Part shown: in pieces, positions 61,425-64,000 of the stretch
How the letters are laid out: each line of letters begins with the position of its first letter
Numbering within the stretch: position 1 is the first letter of the stretch
Assembly: GCA_002104905.1 (NCBI GenBank)
Contig: MCFE01000184.1
Coordinates: forward strand, 76,432 to 140,431
Length of the DNA: 64,000 bases
Source: Basidiobolus meristosporus CBS 931.73
Lineage: Eukaryota > Fungi > Basidiobolomycota
Reading direction: 5' to 3'
Notes under the pieces: model-generated
Database searches by the model: none
What the model saw: only the letters and a program-made list of their open reading frames with translations
Told to the model about the DNA's origin: nothing
Made by a program: the position numbers and the translations under genes

Positions 61425-62109
61425 TTAGGGTGTAGGTGTTATAGTAAGGGCTAGGAAAAGGTTAGAAGAGCAGGGGGTCTGTGGGACGCAGTCCCCTAGA
61501 GAATAAAAAAGCAGGGGGTTTGGGGGATGCAATCCCCCATACTGCTCCCATACTCTTTAAATTCCCGTTGGATTACTTTTCTCTCATTCTTGGTTCTGGT
61601 CCCTTAGGGTTAGAATTCCTCCTCCTAACCCTTATCACCCTAACCATAAATATTTTTACCCTACAATTGGCACATTGTCTGCTCATATAGTGGGCATGTC
61701 TGGGCCAATATTTGTCTCCCTATACTGTCCATATGCTCTGTATAAGTCTTGATGACTATTTAATTAATAAATTGTTATTTTTAATGTATATCTAATAATT
61801 AATGGGATTCATCCCAATCTGACCACAATCCCATATTTTGATAAGCTTCGGGCACCATAAATTGCGCGGCCCTAATATGATAAAAAAATTCATGACCAAT
61901 ACAAATTTTCTGTAACCCAATTGCTTTTACCAAATATAAAGTGTATCCCAAAGTTCAATATATATTATGGCTATAATAGAAACTTTATTTGACACCATCG
62001 CAACTACTACTTATGTTCTATGTGCACATGTATCCCGCGGGAATTGTCAAACTTGGCCACGTGGTACAAAAGTGCTTTTATTTTTCATCATGATAGTTTT
62101 ACATTTTAA

Positions 62110-62753
62110 GGTTAGGTTTAGGGGGAGGGAAAGTCACCAAGTTGGTGAAATCTTTATTTGAGTTAAGAACTAATCTAGGTACAAATAAAGAAGCCAATTA
62201 AGAGGTCTAGAACCTCTCTAATAAGTAATCTAATTTATGTTTTGTTTCATCTCTAATGTTTGTTTCAATAATGTAAAGCTCATCAGGGGTAAATATAAAA
62301 TTCAGGGGTTTTGGGGGAAGTACAAATTGTAGATGTTTCTGATCAATATAATCCAAGACTGGAACCCAGCCTGGGATTAGGTGTAGTAGGAAAGGTGTGT
62401 GGACTTGTAAGTAGCTCTGCCACATAGATCTTAGATGGTCCTGAGCCAGTAGTCTTGGTTTCTCAGCTTTTTGAAGTTTTGAAGCAAGCTCTGTTACTAC
62501 AGCAGAGCCAACCAGGGTGTGCCAGCAAGAAGATTTCAGGGAGGAGTTAGATTGAAGCCATTGTTTGATGGAGGGGTTATGTGATTTCTGAAGTTTGACT
62601 AGGAAGGAAGCACGGAGATAGACCATTCGGATTTGGTATGGGTAGAAGCCAAAGGCTCCATTAGTTGCATGGATATAGGGAGATACTGGAAGATAAGGTA
62701 CCAAGGATCTGATACACTGATGGAGAAATTTATCCAGGCGGTGAAGTTCTCTG
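62110..62753 (-). mobile_element. Non-LTR retroelement family B, copy B2 (ORF C-terminus), interrupted by the copia LTR
   Basis: RLDKFLHQCIRSLVPYLP...GAFGFYPYQIR...SCW...LPPKPLN is homologous to family A KLDKFAVWCITSLVPHLP...GAFGFMPYKIR...SCW...LPPFPLN. Confidence 0.82.
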
Positions 62754-63103
62754 TGTTGTAAAAATTCGTATTTTCCACCTAAATATTCACCTAACTTAGT
62801 CACTTAGATCATCACCTTCAAATCCTAGAGAATACTGACCAAATTCCTTGTCGGGATTTACTTAGAATATTTTCACCAAAATACCAGGTACCCAGAACAT
62901 GAAAATTCTCAAAGTTGTCCAAACAGCCCCAAACTTTGCACACATGTTCTTGGGACCTTCCTTAACCTATTCTACGTGTTTGTAATGCCAAGACCATGTA
63001 AAAGTATAAATACTACTTTTACATTCAATAAATCATTAAGTGAAAACCACATAATCTACTTGTTCTCCAAATCACTTCCAATATCTCCAAGACTCTTACA
63101 ACA
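62754..63103 (+). mobile_element. Ty1/copia 5' LTR (350 bp)
   Basis: 8-bp terminal inverted repeat TGTTGTAA...TTACAACA; TATAAA and AATAAA inside; immediately followed by PBS GGTTATGAGCCC (63104-63115) and gag. Confidence 0.92.
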
Positions 63104-63134
63104 GGTTATGAGCCCCGAGCTGTCACTCTCTGCA

Positions 63135-64000
63135 ATGTCTACTACTGCTATTACTGGAATTTTTCCCTCTGCTGAAAAGTTGGATGGATCTAACTACCAA
63201 GTGTGGAAGGTGAAGATGAAGATGCTGCTACAAGAAAGAGGCCTTTGGGATATTGTCATGGGAGAAGAATGCCCTCCTAAAAACGTGGGAGAGGAAGCCT
63301 TAAAGTACCAGAAGAAAGAACAAAGTGCCTTTAACTGCATTTGCCTTAATGTCAAGGACAAATTGCTAATTCAATGCTCAAGAGCAAAAACGGCAAAGAA
63401 TGCCTGGAAGGCATTAGAAGACACCTACCAGTCATGTTCAGCTGCCAAGAAAATGTATCTGAGAAGAAAATTCTTTACTACAAAGATGCTGCCAGGAGAA
63501 GAAATGAAAAATCTAATTAACAGAATTACCCTGCTGGTAGATGAGATGGAATCTGTGGGCGTACCAACTACTGATGAGGATGTGATAGTTACCATCCTGA
63601 ATAGCCTGACAGACGAGTTTCAGGGCCTTGTATCAGCCCTAGAGTCCAGAACTGAAGATTTGACCTTAAATTACGTATATGGAAGGCTCCTGGATGAAGA
63701 ATTAAGAAAATCAAGCGCCAATAAGAAGGAAGAAGAAAATGCATTAATAAGCAATGATAACCAACAAAGGAGGTACCCAAGACCCTACAAAGGCAACAGC
63801 AACCTATTTTGCAACTACTGCAAAAGGAAAGGACACACATCAGACCGGTGTTTCAAAAAGAGAGATTATCAGCAAAAGAAGCCTGAATATGGAAATGCTG
63901 CAACAACTGAAGATAGACTATTCATATCTGCACTAAATATGACCACAAACAAGGATTCTCAGACGTGGTATATTGACTCTGGAGCTTCTCAACACTTTAC
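63135..64000 (+). mobile_element. Ty1/copia gag-pol ORF, open to the window end
   Basis: KLDGSNYQVWKVKMKMLL...LWDIV, copia gag core, zinc knuckle CNYCKRKGHTSDRC, protease WYIDSGASQH; no stop in ~288 codons. Confidence 0.95.

Overview
Gene-dense, intron-rich fungal genomic DNA (1-57 kb) that changes abruptly into a CpG-depleted retroelement zone (57.2-64 kb). An MTA9/AMT6-7-like MT-A70 gene and a TBC1D31/WDR67 orthologue point to an early-diverging, non-Dikarya fungus (inference; Basidiobolus-like is only a guess). About 20 protein-coding genes are supported: homeobox TF, RecQ/Sgs1, a ~28-repeat PPR protein, UPF0014 membrane protein, Pcl/Pho80-type cyclin, secreted fasciclin with a repeat insert, SRP receptor beta, Has1, F-BAR/RhoGAP, Sec7, MT-A70, a Bacillus YesJ-like GNAT, Tma46, kinesin-8, alpha-arrestin, auxin-efflux-carrier-family transporter, TBC1D31, Cho1, phosphoketolase, Pho84 and an old yellow enzyme. 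The main unexplained structure is at the right end: five co-oriented, 5'-truncated non-LTR retroelement copies of two subfamilies. Their 3' ends carry a conserved stem-loop plus a telomere-type CCCTAAC tail, and they join each other and LTR fragments at GGGTT/TTAGG microhomologies, as expected for a telomere-extending retroelement. A half-tRNA-primed Ty1/copia element is nested in one copy. All calls were made by eye and from recall of protein families; no database search was run, and splice coordinates are manual.
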